Below are positions 23,840-37,739 of a DNA stretch of 64,000 bases, in pieces. Positions within the stretch are counted from its first letter, which is position 1. Every line of letters starts with the position of its first letter. This DNA is from Eledone cirrhosa (taxonomy: Eukaryota), in NCBI GenBank assembly GCA_964016885.1, contig OZ024742.1:184140001-184204000 (forward strand), written 5' to 3'. The position numbers and the translations under genes are program-made. The notes beneath the pieces were generated by a model. It had not been told where the DNA came from, made no database searches, and was given only the letters and a program-made list of their open reading frames with translations.

Positions 23840-26800
23840 ATCATCATCATCATCTTCGATTAACGTCCATCTTCCACGCTAACATGGGTTAGACGGGAGT
23901 TGTCCCACTTGAGGCAAGGTTGGTCGGGTGACCGTTTCTCGCTCATATAGGACTATCTGGCAGGTTTTATACGGCTGGATGCCCTTCCTAACACGAACCA
24001 TATTTATAGTGTGGAACTGGGAACTTTTTACCGTGTTACCTACACGACCACATTACAGCGTGGACTGTGTGTTTTTTTGTCGTGACACCTACACAATCTC
24101 CATCTCATTATCTCATTTATTTGGACTGGATGTTGTGGTACCAACTTTATAGAGAGGGGGGTGTTGGGGGAGGGGGCGATAGGGGAGGGGTAGTGGATTG
24201 GGGTGTATATTTGGTTAAGAGGTGCCTACTGACTGTAGGTTTCGCTTTGTACATAGGCAAGGCGGGTCTTCTGTATTACTGCGTAGCGCCAAAGATCTCG
24301 GTCCAATGACATTGTCTTAGAGAGGTGCAAGTGTGTAAGGTCGGAATTTATCAGATCGTCCTAGGTTTTTCTGGGTCTACCTACTCTGTAACTACCATCA
24401 ATTTTTATCGCCCTGACCTTTTTTATACAGCTGTCGTCTTTCATGCGCATCACGTGGCCATACCAACGTAGTTTTCTCTCAAGTAAACAGCATCTGATCC
24501 CTCTTACTCCTAATTTCTCACTTAGATCATTTATGCTTTGCCATTCACGTATATTACTATTACACATCCAACGGAGCATGCATGCTTCGTTCCTTTCCAG
24601 TCTACGCAGGTCCTCTGCACGTAATGCCCATGTCTCACTGCCATGTAGCATTGCTGTTCGTATACAGGCATCTTACAATCTGCCTTTCATTTTTTAGAGA
24701 GTAACCTTTTGTGGCCAACAGCGGTATAAGCTCTCTGAACTTTTTCCATCCCGTTCTGACTCTGGCTACTGTACTTTCAGAACACCCTCCACCACTGCTG
24801 ATTTCGTCACCCAGGTAACTGAAGGTGTCCACTATTTCTATAGAACCATCTGGGCAATAGAAGGAGCTAGTATCCTGTGGACACTTGCTAATTATTGCAC
24901 CTGAGCATCGGCCACATATAAAGTCTACGTTCTTAGATAGTTTACCTGTGATCCCACTACATCTTTTATATACCCATACTTTGCATTTGGGACATAAAAT
25001 TGAATTTCTGCCTACTCCTTTCCTACACACTGAGCATGGCCATTTCCCTGGGGGCCCTATTTTCCTTATTTTCCCTATTTTCCTTTCTACAAACTAGAAC
25101 TTTAGTCTTAGACAAGTTAACTTTAAGGCCTCTTGATTCTAGGCCATGCTTCCATGTTTGGAATTTCTTCTCTAGTTCAGCCATCGATTCAGCTATGAGA
25201 GTTAGATCATCTGCGTATAGGAGTTCCCATGGGCAGCCGGTCTTGAACTCCTCTGTTATAGCCTGAAGGGCAATAATAAATAGAATGGGCTAAGGACAGG
25301 GCCTTGATGAACACCAACTTTTACACTAAATTCTTCACAATATTTGTTGTTAATTCTAACCTTGCTGACTGTTTCTTTATACATAGCTTGTATAGCTCTC
25401 ACAAGCCATTCATCTACACCTAGTTTTCTAAGAGCCCACCAGATAATGGAGCAGGGGACTCTGTCAAAGGCTTTCTCCAGGTCTACAAAAGCTAAGTATA
25501 GGGGTTTACTTTTAGCTAGGTACTTCTCCTGTAGTTGTCGTACAAGGAAAAGAGCGTCTGTGGTACTTTTACCTGACACAAACCCAAACTACATTTCATC
25601 TAGATCAATTCGCTCTCTGATTAGTTGCGCTATAACTCTTTCTGTGACCTTCGTGACCTGGTCAACTAACTTAATGCCTATATAGTTACCCCTATCTAGA
25701 GCATCCCCTTTACCCTTGTAGCAGTTAATGATGATGATGCTACGCCAGTCTTTTGGTATGACCCCATTCTGTATTACTTGGTTAACTGTATGGGTGACCA
25801 TAGTATGTCCCACCATTCCAGATGCCTTCAACATCTCAGCAACTATCTCCGAAGGCCCAGCTGCCTTGCCTGTCTTCATATCTTTGATTCCCTTACTTAT
25901 TATACTACCTTTAACTTGCAGCGCTGGTCCTTCTATTGGATCGATTTGGGGCAGACTATCTTTTTCCCATTTATTCTCCTCATTTAATAGTCTCTCGTAG
26001 TGACACTTCCAGGCTATCTTCTTATCAGTATCAGTGATGGCAAGTGCACCGTTATCATTACGGACACACTTCTCCCCGACAATATCACGGTTTTCCTTGA
26101 CACATTGTCTAGCAATCCTGAACACCTCACGTTTTGGTCCTCATGTTATAGAACATGCTTGAACTTTCTATCCTCTGCTTCCCTTTTTGCAAGGTACACT
26201 TGTCTCCTAGCTTCTTTCCTGGCCACTTGATAGTGCTCTCTACTTCCCCCATCCTGCCATACTTTCCAAGCCTGCTTTTTGGCCTTGATTGTCTCCTCCA
26301 CCTTACTGTTCCACCACCAAGTTACTTTCCTCCTGCCAATAGGTCTGCTCCAGCCACAGATTTCATCCGTTGCTTTCAGCAGGTTCACTTTCAAGAATTG
26401 CCACTGTTCCTCTATATTGCACGTCTCTAATTGCTCTTCCTTATTGTCAAAGGCATTAAGTAATAAGCTTTTAAATTTGTCACTGGCTATGGGGTCCTTC
26501 AATTTCCATATTCTTCTCCTCAAGATAGGCCTCCTCTGTCGTCGAGTACGTCTATTCCTGACTATGGGGTCACTAACTACTAGGCTATGTTGGGAGGTGC
26601 ATTCTTCACGGGGGAAGGATTTAGTGTTTACAACAGACACTTTGTCCCGTCTTCTAGTAAGGATATAATCTATCTGACTGGTGTGTTCCCATGATCTATA
26701 GGTGATCAAGTGGTTTTCTCGTTTTTTGAAGTTTGTGTTACAGATAGTTGGGTTATTAGCGTCACAGAATTCCAGGATTCTGAAGCCCTCCTCATTTCTA

Positions 26801-27500
26801 TTTCCAACCCCATAGCCTCCATGGATTCCATCATAGCCATCACTATGTTGTCCAACGTGACCGTTTAGATCGCCAGCAATAATTAAGTAGTTGCTGTCGG
26901 TTATTTGGGAGGTAGTGTGCATTAGCATCTCATAGAACCTGTCCTTTATAACGTCAGGTAGACCAGATTGGGGTGCATAAGCAGATATTATTGTCACAGT
27001 AGTTCTATTTAGAACTAGTCTTATTTTAATTATTCTGTCATTCACTCTATTTACGTCAATTACCTTATCGACCCATTTTTCAGCTAACATAATTCCTACA
27101 CCACCCTGTCCGTTGTCATTTCCCACCCAGAAAAGTTTATAGCAACGTTTTTTACCCATGATGAATCTGGCAGACCCCCCCCCCCCCCCCCACAATCTCC
27201 ACCTAGTCTCTTGAATACAACAAACATCAACTTCTTTACGTTCAAGCATCTCTACAACCTCATTTGAGCGACCTTTCAATGTGCCTACGTTCATGGTACC
27301 AACTCTGAAGTTGGGAGGGTGGGATGGATGGGTTGGAGGAGCAGGGAGGGGTGTGGGAGACGGAATTATGTTAGTCATCCGTGTCTGAAATAAAGAGGGG
27401 TCCTTGTATTATCGTCCTGCAGCGGGAGGTGAATTTATCTTTATCTGTGACATTGTCATTGTGTGCTTAGACTTTCCAAATTCCGCAGTCCACCCATCAA
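23840..27500 (-). mobile_element. RTE-clade LINE, near full length (APE endonuclease plus RT), disrupted by frameshifts and stops
   Basis: GTMNVGTL, CIQETRW, SAYAPQ, GDLNGHVG, SQIDYIL; FVDLEKAFDRV, VGVHQG, LLYADDL, WYGHVMRM; (GAT)n tail at ~23840. 5' boundary approximate. Confidence 0.93.
26146..27378 (-). pseudogene. Apurinic-like endonuclease portion of the RTE ORF
   Basis: 410-aa open frame with all APE motifs. Ends prematurely before the RT. Confidence 0.85.
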
Positions 27501-27639
27501 ACAGGTCTAAACTTAAGCAGTAGTAACCGAGGTGGTAGCTTTGCTATACTGATTTGTTAGAGAACTTACTATAAGCCGCTGAGTTATGATTGGACCATAT
27601 AGCAATGGTGGTGTTAATGCTGGTGGGAGGGCGGGAAAT

Positions 27640-28785
27640 GGGTAACTTTAGGAGAAGATTAGTTTTTAGGAAGGGTCCAACAGAATGAGATATATTATTA
27701 AAATCATGTAAAATATTAATTGAAAATCCAAGAGAAAAAAGGAGAACTTGAATTCTAGACTGGCATAAAGTTTAAAACTCTGCTTATTGAATCGACTACG
27801 GGTAAAAGGAAAGACAAGTATTTTGCTTACATTCTCAAAATTGACAGATCGTCCGTAAGATAGATTAGATAGATAGATTTTGTCCTTGGGAAGCCAGCAA
27901 GGTTTATTTTATACTTACGATCAGGCAGGGGGGGGGGGTATGAGAGAAGGAGCAAAGTGTTTACAAAGTTAGCGAGCGAGATGCAGGGAGGTTCTAGAAT
28001 AATTAATTAATAATAATAATAATTGTTTCTACTTTAGGCACAAGGCCAGCAATTACCCAGTTCATTACTGGTACTTTATTTTATCGACCCCGTAAGGATG
28101 AAAGGCAAAGTCAACCTCGGCGGGATTTGAACTCAGATCGTAAAGGGACGTAACTATGCTGGAAAGCATGGCGTCCGACCCTCCACTGATACTGCCAATC
28201 CATAATAATAATAATTGTTTCTACTTTAGGCACAAGGCCAGCAACTACCCAGTACATTACTGGTACTTTATTTTATCGACCCCGTAAGGATGAAAGGCAA
28301 AGTTAACCTCGGCGGGATTTGAACTCAGACTGTAAAGGGACGTAACTATGCTAGAAAGCATGGCGTCCAACCCTCTACCGATACTGCCAATTCACAATAA
28401 TACTAGAAGGTTAGTTTCGGGGAAGGATCCAACAGAATGAGACATATTATTAAAAATATGTAAAATATTAATTGAAAATCCGAGAGAAAAACGGAGAATT
28501 TGAATTCTAGACAGGCATAAATAGAAGTTTAAAACAATGCTTATTGAGTCAACTTTATGGGTAACTTTAGGAGAAGGTTAGTTTTTAGGAAGGGTCCAAC
28601 AGAATGAGACATATTATTAAAAACATGTAAAATATTAATTGAAAATCCAAGAGAAAAACGGAGAATTTGAATTCTAGACTGGCATAAATAGAAGTTTAAA
28701 ACTCTGCTTATTGAGTCAACTACGGGTAAAAGGAAAGACAAGTGTTTTACTTACATTCAAAAAATCGACAGATCGTCCGATAGAT
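27640..28785. repeat. Three copies of a ~150-230-bp AT-rich unit upstream of the RTE (27640-27865, 28405-28557, 28558-28785)
   Basis: ggaaggRtccaacagaatgagaYatattattaaaa...gaattctagac occurs three times. Confidence 0.85.
28022..28395 (-). mobile_element. Two head-to-tail tRNA-SINEs with (AAT)n tails
   Basis: 28022-28202 and 28214-28395 are near-identical to 3530-3716. Confidence 0.92.
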
Positions 28786-29015
28786 AATGATTTATGTAAT
28801 TATATTCTAGAAATAAATTATTAAAATATTATTCTTATTTTTAATCACTTCCACAAGCTGGTAATCAACATAATTTTTCTGATGCAAATCATTAATTTAT
28901 CAAAATGGTTATTTCCCAGTTTATGATTGTTCATAAATCTGGCAATCCTGATATATATGGTATACTATTCCTAGACTCCAAAAATGAAATACATTCAATA
29001 CTATTATCATCATTA

Positions 29016-29206
29016 GGGCGGTGGATTGGCAGAATCGGTAGAGTGTCAGACGCCATGCTTTCCAGCATAGTTACGTCCTTTTACGATCTGAGTTCAAATC
29101 CCGCCGAGGTTGACTTTGCCTTTCATCCTTACGGGGTCGATAAAATAAAGTACCAGTAATGCACTGGGTAATTGCTGGCCTTGTGCCTAAAGTAGAAACA
29201 ATTATT
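29016..29206 (+). mobile_element. tRNA-SINE, full length
   Basis: ggcggtggattggcagaatcggtagag...gagttcaaatcc...gtagaaacaattatt. Confidence 0.92.
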
Positions 29207-30426
29207 GATAGCACTGGTCCACTAATAATTATTATTCTTAGCAATCAACAAGATCCCGGGTCATTCACTTACCAAGCAGGGTGGAACTCATCAAATCAAC
29301 CAAGGAAACAATGTTTCCATTGACCTTTGCATTGCTGATACTATCTACCGGTTACAACTCCTGGCAGAAGGAGCTACATAAAATAAAGTGTCTTATTCAA
29401 GGACATAACACATTGCCTGGTCCAGGAATTGAACTCTCAACCTCATGATTATGAATCGATTTCCTTAACTACTAAACCACATGCCTTCACAATTATTATA
29501 ATCTTCTATTGCAATTCCAGTCACATCAAAAATGATTTATATGACTATTAAATCAGAACTAGTAGTTAACTGATACTTTATATTTTTAACTACCCCTGGT
29601 GGGATGAAAAGCAAACTTTGATCTTGATGGGATTTGACCTCAGAGGAAAAAGGATTGTAACTAAATAGTGCAGCTATTTTGTCAGACACTCTTCTAATTA
29701 TAGAAATCCCTTCCACTTGATCAATAAAAAGTAATAATATAACACAGTAGTGGGTTTAATCGACTTCATTGCCTCCCTTACTTCATTGCCTCCTTCTTCT
29801 AGTCATAGGAAACCAATGTTTATGTTTTAAAAACTAAATAAATATATAAATTAAAATAAATATATAAATTATCATTATTGTTGTCGCCGTTGTTGTTGTT
29901 GTTGTTGTTGTTGAATAAATAAATAAATAAAACATTATTGATAATTTGAAAATTTTTATGCGATAATCGAAATCCTATTTGATAGATTGCCAACAACAGC
30001 AATAATAATCCTCTCTTTCAATTCAGTTTATCTTTCGCCAAGAGTCAGCAAGATAACAATGAATAGAAATTAAATTTAAATTCAATAATTTCTAAAGAAA
30101 TTTTCTTCCAAAATTAGGTTATCATATTCAATAACTTTATTTAGATATTAATACAGTGGATGTTTTTGTTTGTTATTGTTGCTGTTGTTGTTGTTATTTT
30201 GAGGGGGTAGAGTTGTTATTGTCTGTTTTTATTAGCTTTTCATTTGAAGAATATTTGTGTTAAATTTAACTTTGTTGTGACTCAAACAAGATCTACTGGA
30301 AATTTAAGATGCCAGTCATCATATAGAAATATATTTTTACACCATTTATTGGTCAAACTGAATGGCTTTGGCAGCAAGCGTTTAATAAATAAAAAAATTC
30401 ATATTCAGATGTATTATGTATTTATA

Positions 30427-30770
30427 GTGAAGGCGCATGGCTTAGTGGTTAGAGTATTAGGCTTGCAATCGGGAGGTTGTGAGTTTGATTCTTGGACTGG
30501 GTGGTACGTTGTGTCCTTGGGCAAGACACTTTATTTCATGTTACTCCAGTTTACTCAGCTCTAGAAATGAGTTTCGACATCACAGATGTCAAGATGTATC
30601 GGCCATAGCATTTCCCTTGGACAACATCGGTGACATGGAGAGGGGAGGCTGGTATGCATGGGCAACTGCTGGTCTTCCAGAAACAATCTTGCCCAGACTT
30701 GTGCCTCGGAGGGGAATGTTCTAGGTGCAAATCCCATGGTCATTCGTAACTGAAGGGGCTCTTTACCCTT
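30427..30770 (+). mobile_element. Second tRNA-SINE family (gtgtccttgggcaagacactt central domain)
   Basis: A-box tggcttagtgg and degenerate B-box. Related copies at ~29290-29490(-), 32541-32740(+), 45520-45850(-), 47203-47340(+). Confidence 0.8.
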
Positions 30771-31139
30771 TCCCTATGTATTTATAAACATGAAGAGAAA
30801 AAAAGAAAGGGAAAGGAGAAAGAAAGAGTAAATAATGAATGGGGAGAAATGGGGAAGAAAGGAGCAGACTTCACACCCTAAGCTGGATGGTAAATGTATA
30901 CAAGGGGACCAATCTGAAACTTCAAAATCACTAACCACTTTTCTACTTAGAAAATAACATTTACACTCTACCCACCAGTATTGAGTGCTCAATCAATTAA
31001 TGCTTGAATGTTTTAAGTACCATGATTCAATAAATAAACAATCTAATATATATGTATATATATTTAATTGGCAGTAGCACTAAGAAAACATTTAAGTATA
31101 ATAGAGGTGTATATGAAAACATATATAAACATATATTAT

Positions 31140-31400
31140 ACGTTCTCCAAATTGAGAGATCACAGCTCCAATAGTATGGGCATGTAGTTAGAATGTCACA
31201 GGAAAGAATTGCTGGACAGATTTTGCAAGCAAAACCAACAGGCAGGAGACCCAGAGCAAAATGGTTGGATAACATCCATGAGCTTGGCTGGTCTCGCTTG
31301 GGGATCTAGCTGGATCAGTTGGAGATGGTTGCTTCTGACAGGACCCAGTGGAGAGAGTTTGAAGACTATGCCCCCACAACCCTCTCAGGAATAAGTGGGC
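31140..31400 (+). mobile_element. 3' end fragment of a second RTE family
   Basis: Homologous to 43995-44230; YGHVVRM...AKPTGRRPR. Confidence 0.7.
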
Positions 31401-31608
31401 AAAGAAAAAAAAGAGAAGATTATACGTTTATATACAATAAACATATCAAAGAAAAATATTTTTTCTCTATTTTCCTCTGTGAATATATCACAGAGTTGAC
31501 AGTATGTTTTGAGAATGTGAAACAGCGCTGTTTCAACATTTGGTAATCTTTCATCAGTGAAACTCATTCAACCCTTACTGGCATGAAATACATGAAATAG
31601 ACTAGAAT

Positions 31609-32430
31609 CATCATCATCATCAACGTTTAACGTCCGTGTTCCACGCTTGCATGGGTTTGGACGGGGGTTTTCCCACTTGAGGCAAGAGTGATTGTCTTGC
31701 TCGCATAGGACTGTCTGGCAGGTTTTCTACAGTTGGATGCCCTTCCTAACACCAACCACATTTACAGTGTGGGTCTGGGAGGTTTTTACCGTGTTGCCTA
31801 CACGGCCACATTACAGCGTGGACTGTGTGTTTTTTTGTCGTGACACCTACACGATCTCATTTGTTTCGGCCTGGATGGTGTGGCACCAACATAACTTTAC
31901 ATAGAAGGGGGGGGTGGATGGGGTGGGGGGGGTGGGACGGGGTGTATTTTGTTAGAGATGCCTACTGACTGTAGTAGGTTTTACTTTGTATTTAGGTAAG
32001 GCGGGTCTTCTCTATTACTGAGTACCGCCAAAGGTCTCGGTCCAGTGACATTGTCTTGGAGAGGTGTAAGTGTGTGAGGTCGGAGTTTATCAGCTCGTCC
32101 CAGGTTTTTCTGGGTCTGCCTACTCCGTGGCTACCGTCTATCTTTATTGCCCTGCACTTTGTTATACAGCTATCGTCTTTCATGCGCATCACGTGACCAT
32201 ACCAACGTAGCCTTCTCTCGAGTAAACAACATCTGATCCCTCTTATTTCTAATTTTTTCCTTAGTTCGTTTATGCTTTGTCGTTCACGTATATTACTATT
32301 ACACATCCAGCGGAGCATGCAAGCTTCGTTCCTCTCTAGTCTGCGTATATCCTCTGCACACAATGCCCAGGTCTCACTGCCATGCAACATTGCTGTCCGT
32401 ATGCAGGCATCATACAACCTGCCTTTCATT
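31609..32430 (-). mobile_element. RTE LINE, 5'-truncated copy of the 23840-27500 family
   Basis: MKGRLYDACIRTAMLHGSETW...WYGHVMRM...GRPRKTW. (GAT)n tail. Confidence 0.92.
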
Positions 32431-33884
32431 TTATATAGAATTTTGCTGGTGAGTCTCATTTGCATATAGCAAATAAAAACATCAGTTGAAAATGCTAATT
32501 TGCATATTGTGCAAATGAGCATATTTACTGGTTTATTTGTGAAGGTGTGTGGCTTAGTGATTAGGGTGTTCAGCTTATAACTGTAAGGTCATGAGTTCAA
32601 TTCCCAGACAAGGCAGTGAGTTGTGTCCTTCAGCTTGATGGTTTATTTCATGTTGTTCCTGTCCACTCATCTGGCAAAAATGAGCTGTACCTGCAATTCA
32701 AGGGGTTAGCCATGTCATACATTGTGTCACACTGAATCTCAGATTACCAAATCAAATACCACAAGGCAAATTCTCCTACATTCTAACTACTCAGCCAATT
32801 CACAGTCCATATATGGGGATTAGTATATCTTACTTGAAACAGTAAGGAAAAAGAAACACCAGTATTTTGGTCATGTCATCAGGGCCCAAAATTTGACTAC
32901 CCACATTCTTGAGGGACAAATACAAGGGAAAAGGCCAGGAGACAGCAGAAAAGGAGATAGACAGATGATATTAAGGAATGGACAGGAAGGAGTTTGGTGG
33001 AATGTACAGTAATGGCAAGAGATAAGTCCATGACCTTCGACCCTCAGATATGAGGATGGGATGAGGCTATAGGCTATATTATGCCACCATGAGATCATCA
33101 ACTGAGAGAGTCTCCACTTAGCTAATCGAACTGTTAGAAATAGCAGCCAAATATATTCAAATTACATCCCTACTGCTTTAACTCTTTACATCTTGTAATG
33201 ATTTAGCAGAGAATGCCAAAAAACAAGTTTGCTAATTCAAATGTTTATAGTATCTTTACTAATAGCTCTCTATTTTCATTGTGAAAATGTTCAGTATTAG
33301 AGTAAAGATTTTAAATTTTTAAATTTGATATGGTCATAATGCTGTTTTGTACTTTTCAAGAATATTTTGCTAATGTGGTTTCATGTGGTACAGGTCATTA
33401 AGAGTTAAAATGGAAAAGGCACATTAGATAACTTAGCTCTAAAATGTCGAGATGGTCAAGGTTGGAATACCCTTGACCATCATCATCACTGTTTAATGTC
33501 CATCTTCCACGCTAGCATGGGTTAGACGGTTTTGTTCAATTTGATGCGGGAATGGTCGGGAAACCATGTCTGGCTCACACAGAAGCATCTCTGGCAGAAT
33601 TTTTTACAGCTGGATGCCCTTCCTAACACCAACCACATTTACAATGTGGACTAGGAGCCTTTTCACTGTGTCACTACCTTACAGTGTGGACTGGGAGCCT
33701 CCTCCCCGTGTCTCCTACATGGCCACCTTACAGTGTTGACTGTTGTGTCATTGACACAGTAGCCTGGAACGATAGAGGGAAGGTTAGGTAGGGTGTGGCA
33801 GTGAGGTGTACATTGAGTTAAGAGGTGCTTACTGACTGTAGGTTTGTATGCAATGGCCATATGTCTACTAAATCAAAACTGACC

Positions 33885-34824
33885 TTGCTGCTGGTATTGG
33901 TGGTGGTGGTGGTGGTGCTGCTGCTGCTGGTATTGGTGGTGGTGATAGTAGTAGTGGTGGTGGTGCTGCTGCTGCTGGTATTGGTGGTGGTGATAGTAGT
34001 AGTGGTGGTGTTGCTGCTGCTGTTGCTGGTATTGGTGGTGGTGGTGATGGTGGTGGTGGTGGTGGTGGTGGTGGTGGTGCTGCTGCTGCTGCTGCTGGTA
34101 TTGGTGGTGGTGATAGTAGTAGTGGTGGTGTTGCTGCTGCTGTTGCTGGTATTGGTGGTGGTGGTGGTGGTGGTGGGTGCTGATGCTGATGCTGCTGCTG
34201 GTATTGGTGGTGGTGTTGCTGCTGCTGGTATTGGAGGTGGTGCTGCTGCTGCTGGTATTGGTGGTGGTGATAGTAGTAGTGGTGGTGTTGTTGCTGCTGT
34301 TGTTGGTATTGGTGGTGGTGGTGGTGGTGGTGGGTGCTGATGCTGATGCTGCTGCTGGTATTGGTGGTGGTGGTGATAGTAGTAGTGGTGGTGTTGCTGC
34401 TGCTGTTGTTGGTATTGGTGGTGGTGGTGATGGTGGTGCTGCTGCTGCTGCTGCTGCTGGTATTGGTGGTGGTGGTGATAGTAGTAGTGGTGGTGCTGCT
34501 GCTGCTGTTGCTGGTATTGGTGGTGGTGGTGATGGTGGTGCTGCTGCTGCTGCTGCTGCTGGTATTGGTGGTGGTGGTGATAGTAGTAGTGGTGGTGCTG
34601 CTGCTGCTGTTGCTGGTATTGGTGGTGGTGATAGTAGTAGTGGTGGTGTTGCTGCTGCTGTTGTTGGTATTGGTGGTGGTGGTGATGGTGGTGCTGCTGC
34701 TGCTGGTATTGGTGGTGGTGATAGTAGTAGTGGTGGGTGCTGCTGCTGTTGCTGGTAGTGGTGGTGGTGATAGTAGTAGTGGTGGTGTTGCTGCTGCTGT
34801 TGTTGGTATTGGTGGTGGTGGTGA

Positions 34825-34855
<31 letters not shown>

Positions 34856-34935
34856 ATTGGTGGTGGTGATAGTAGTAGTGGTGGTGCTGCTGCTGCTGTT
34901 GTTGGTATTGGTGGTGGTGGTGGTGGTGGTGGTGG

Positions 34936-34966
<31 letters not shown>

Positions 34967-35290
34967 ATTGGTGGTGGTGGTGATAGTAGTAGTGGTGGTG
35001 CTGCTGCTGCTGTTGTTGGTATTGGTGGTGATGGTGGTGGTGGTGGTGGGTGCTGATGATGCTGCTGCTGCTGCTGGTATTGGTGGTGGTAGTAGTAGTG
35101 GTGGTGCTGCTGCTGCTGTTGCTGGTATTGGTGGTGGTGATAGTAGTAGTGGTGGTGTTGCTGCTGCTGTTGCTGGCATTGGTGGTGGTGATGGTGGTGC
35201 TGATGCTGATGCTGCTGCTGGTATTGGTGGTGGTGATGGTGGTGATAGTAGTAGTGGTGGTGTTGCTGCTGCTGTTGCTGGTATTGGTGG
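33885..35290. repeat. Compound trinucleotide satellite (GGT/GCT/AGT/GAT blocks, ~36-45-bp higher-order unit)
   Basis: gctgctgttgctggtattggtggtggtgatagtagtagtggtggtg recurs many times. Confidence 0.95.
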
Positions 35291-35716
35291 TTTTTGCATG
35301 TCTACCACCACCACCACCACCACCTGGTGGTGGTAGCAGCCATGCCAAAATTTCTGTTTGTTTGTTTTTAAATCCCATATAAGAAGTGTTTATGAAAAGG
35401 TGATAGTAAGAGTGAGTGTCATGAGAGTTGATAAGTAACTTGATGAATCATGTGACAACAAAGCAGTCTATAGAAAACCTTCAATTCAAGATATAAAAGA
35501 TAGATGGCCCTGATGTCTATAGTTATTTTAGTGCAAAGTAAACCACAAAATGTATAGAAAATCTAATGTAATTTCAGTGGAGTAATGTATGTGTGTATAT
35601 ATACATATAGTAGGGTGGTATGTATATAAATATATATATTAGTAAATTGTTGACTGGAACACATATACACCTGTTGCAGTCAGCAATTTACTAATGTATA
35701 CTAATGTATACATACA

Positions 35717-36313
35717 TGGTGGCTGCCAACTCGTTTTCGAGTATGGCCACTACTTTATATCCATGTAGGAGAACTCCTACCGATGCGCTGAACGAGTGTG
35801 ACTTTTTAGTCCAGCCAGCGACTTGAAAACTCTGGTACAAACACTACACTTGTGGCAATTATTGACACATAGTGCTGGGCCCATTGTACCCTGTGATAAC
35901 AAGTGCAGAGAGATCTCCAGATATAAAACAATGCCTGTGCCGTGAAGCTTTTATAGTGGGCAAAGGCACTGCACGAAGCCAGTCCCACTCTCTTAACCAA
36001 GAAGATATTTACCAAAAAGAAGAACAAGTCAACATCATTGGATACCATCAGAGTTGCAGGTATTATATCAGAGTTTTCCTTCTCCTAGAATTCTGCCTTG
36101 ACAAAGGCTAAGGGGTCATCTCTCCCGGTGATTTTGGATTGCCATTGACTCTTAAGAACTCCTTTGCCCTTTGACAGGTTTTGTTTTTAGTCCTGCAGGA
36201 TGTCCAAAGTCACCCTCCTCACCAAGAAACCTTGGTGGGGTTGCCAGTTTAGTCGCCAACGACCCGACCATGAGACAGGTTGTACTGGGATACATGTTAC
36301 CAGTAGCACCAAC
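35717..36313 (-). mobile_element. Element B copy, slightly 5'-truncated
   Basis: Reverse complement of 7184-7790. tacataca on the left and (CATA)n-type repeat on the right. Confidence 0.9.
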
Positions 36314-36899
36314 ATACATATATACATATATACATACATACATACATACATATATATATATACATACTTACATACACACATACATGCATGGAAAATGGAT
36401 GTTAAACGATGATGATATATGTTTATAAGGTGGTGAATAAGAAGAGTCGTTAGAACATTGGATAGAGTGTGTTATGGTATTCATTCTGGCTCTCTGCTCT
36501 ATAAGTCCAAATCCTGCTGAGGTCAACTTTGTCTCTCATTCTTTTGGGTTTGATAAAGAAAATACCAGTCTAGTACTGGGGTCGATTCTTCCTCTATATC
36601 TCTTTCTCACTTCCTCTCTCTCTCACTTTCTATATTTTTTTGAAAGAAATCTGCTGTATTCAGGCATGGAGAGGGATGGGCTCTGCCAGGCTTAAAAAAT
36701 GCCCAAGAAACACTGTATGTCACAACAGCACCCCTATAACTCTATTAGGAGTTACAGGACGATACCATCATCATCATCGTTGTCGTTTAACGTCTATCTT
36801 CCACGCTAGCATGGGTTTAGACGGGAGTTGTCCCACGTGATGCGAGATTGGCCCTATATATACTTATAAAAAGGAAGTTTGTTTGTTTGTCGCCATCTA

Positions 36900-37735
36900 A
36901 AAGAGGGTTGTTTCTCCCATGGTCAATTGTATGTAGGTTATTCCAGACTAGGAAGACCACACAAACTCTTCATATATGCTCCAAAGAAAAATGTTAAAAA
37001 CATTGTCTATAGTGAAGTTGTGTAAATGTTTTATAATTTTCATAGAAGTGAGACCAACTGAACTTATGGATGTTTCCCGATCAACTTGCTCATGCTGTAC
37101 CTCTGGGTCTCCTGTCAGTTGGTTTTGCTCATAAAATATGACCTTTAATTCTTTCCTTAGTCATTCTAACCATATGTCCGAAGTATAAGAGCTGTGATAT
37201 CTCAATTTCCTGGACTGACTCCCTAATCTCCAAGCTACACACTCTATCAAGTAATGTTACTCCAAAGACCCTTCAAAGGAACCCCATTTTGGTCACTTGT
37301 ATTTGCAATCATAATCTTTCGGTCAAGATTCATGTCATAGGTAAGCGTTAGCATGAATACCAAATTGAAATAATGAGTTTGGATTTTATACCTTCCTCTC
37401 TTCTCATATTACTGAGATTACTCTCTGTTGACATTCTGATTGTGGGTGTGTATATATGTGTGACTTTGAGTTCTATGATTTGAAAGCAGTTTAGTAGTCT
37501 ATTCAAATTAGACAGCAACTTTCTTGTATAAAAGTGAGGATGGCATTGTTCCAGCCCTGGGAATTTCATATAATTTGGCATATTTGTGAAGAGATCAGTG
37601 ATTTGCCTACAAACTGGGTCCTCACTTTCTTTGAAGAACTCAATAAGTACTTCATCTTCCCTTGATGATTTTCTGATGTTCATATCTTTCAATTCATTCC
37701 CGATTTCACACTTTCCATATCTACCAAATTGGTCC
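36900..37735 (-). mobile_element. Old RTE-like RT remnant
   Basis: MKDMNIRKSSREDEVLIEFFK...ITDLF; further downstream LYFGHMVRM-like and G/PRGT remnants. Confidence 0.55.
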
Positions 37736-37739
37736 TTTC

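Noticed and set aside
29016-29110. tRNA-like A/B boxes as a genuine tRNA gene
   Set aside because: No full cloverleaf, and it continues into a multi-copy SINE body and tail.
33818-35382. 501-aa poly-Q/H/T/P ORFs
   Set aside because: Several frames on both strands are open because of trinucleotide composition. No gene context.
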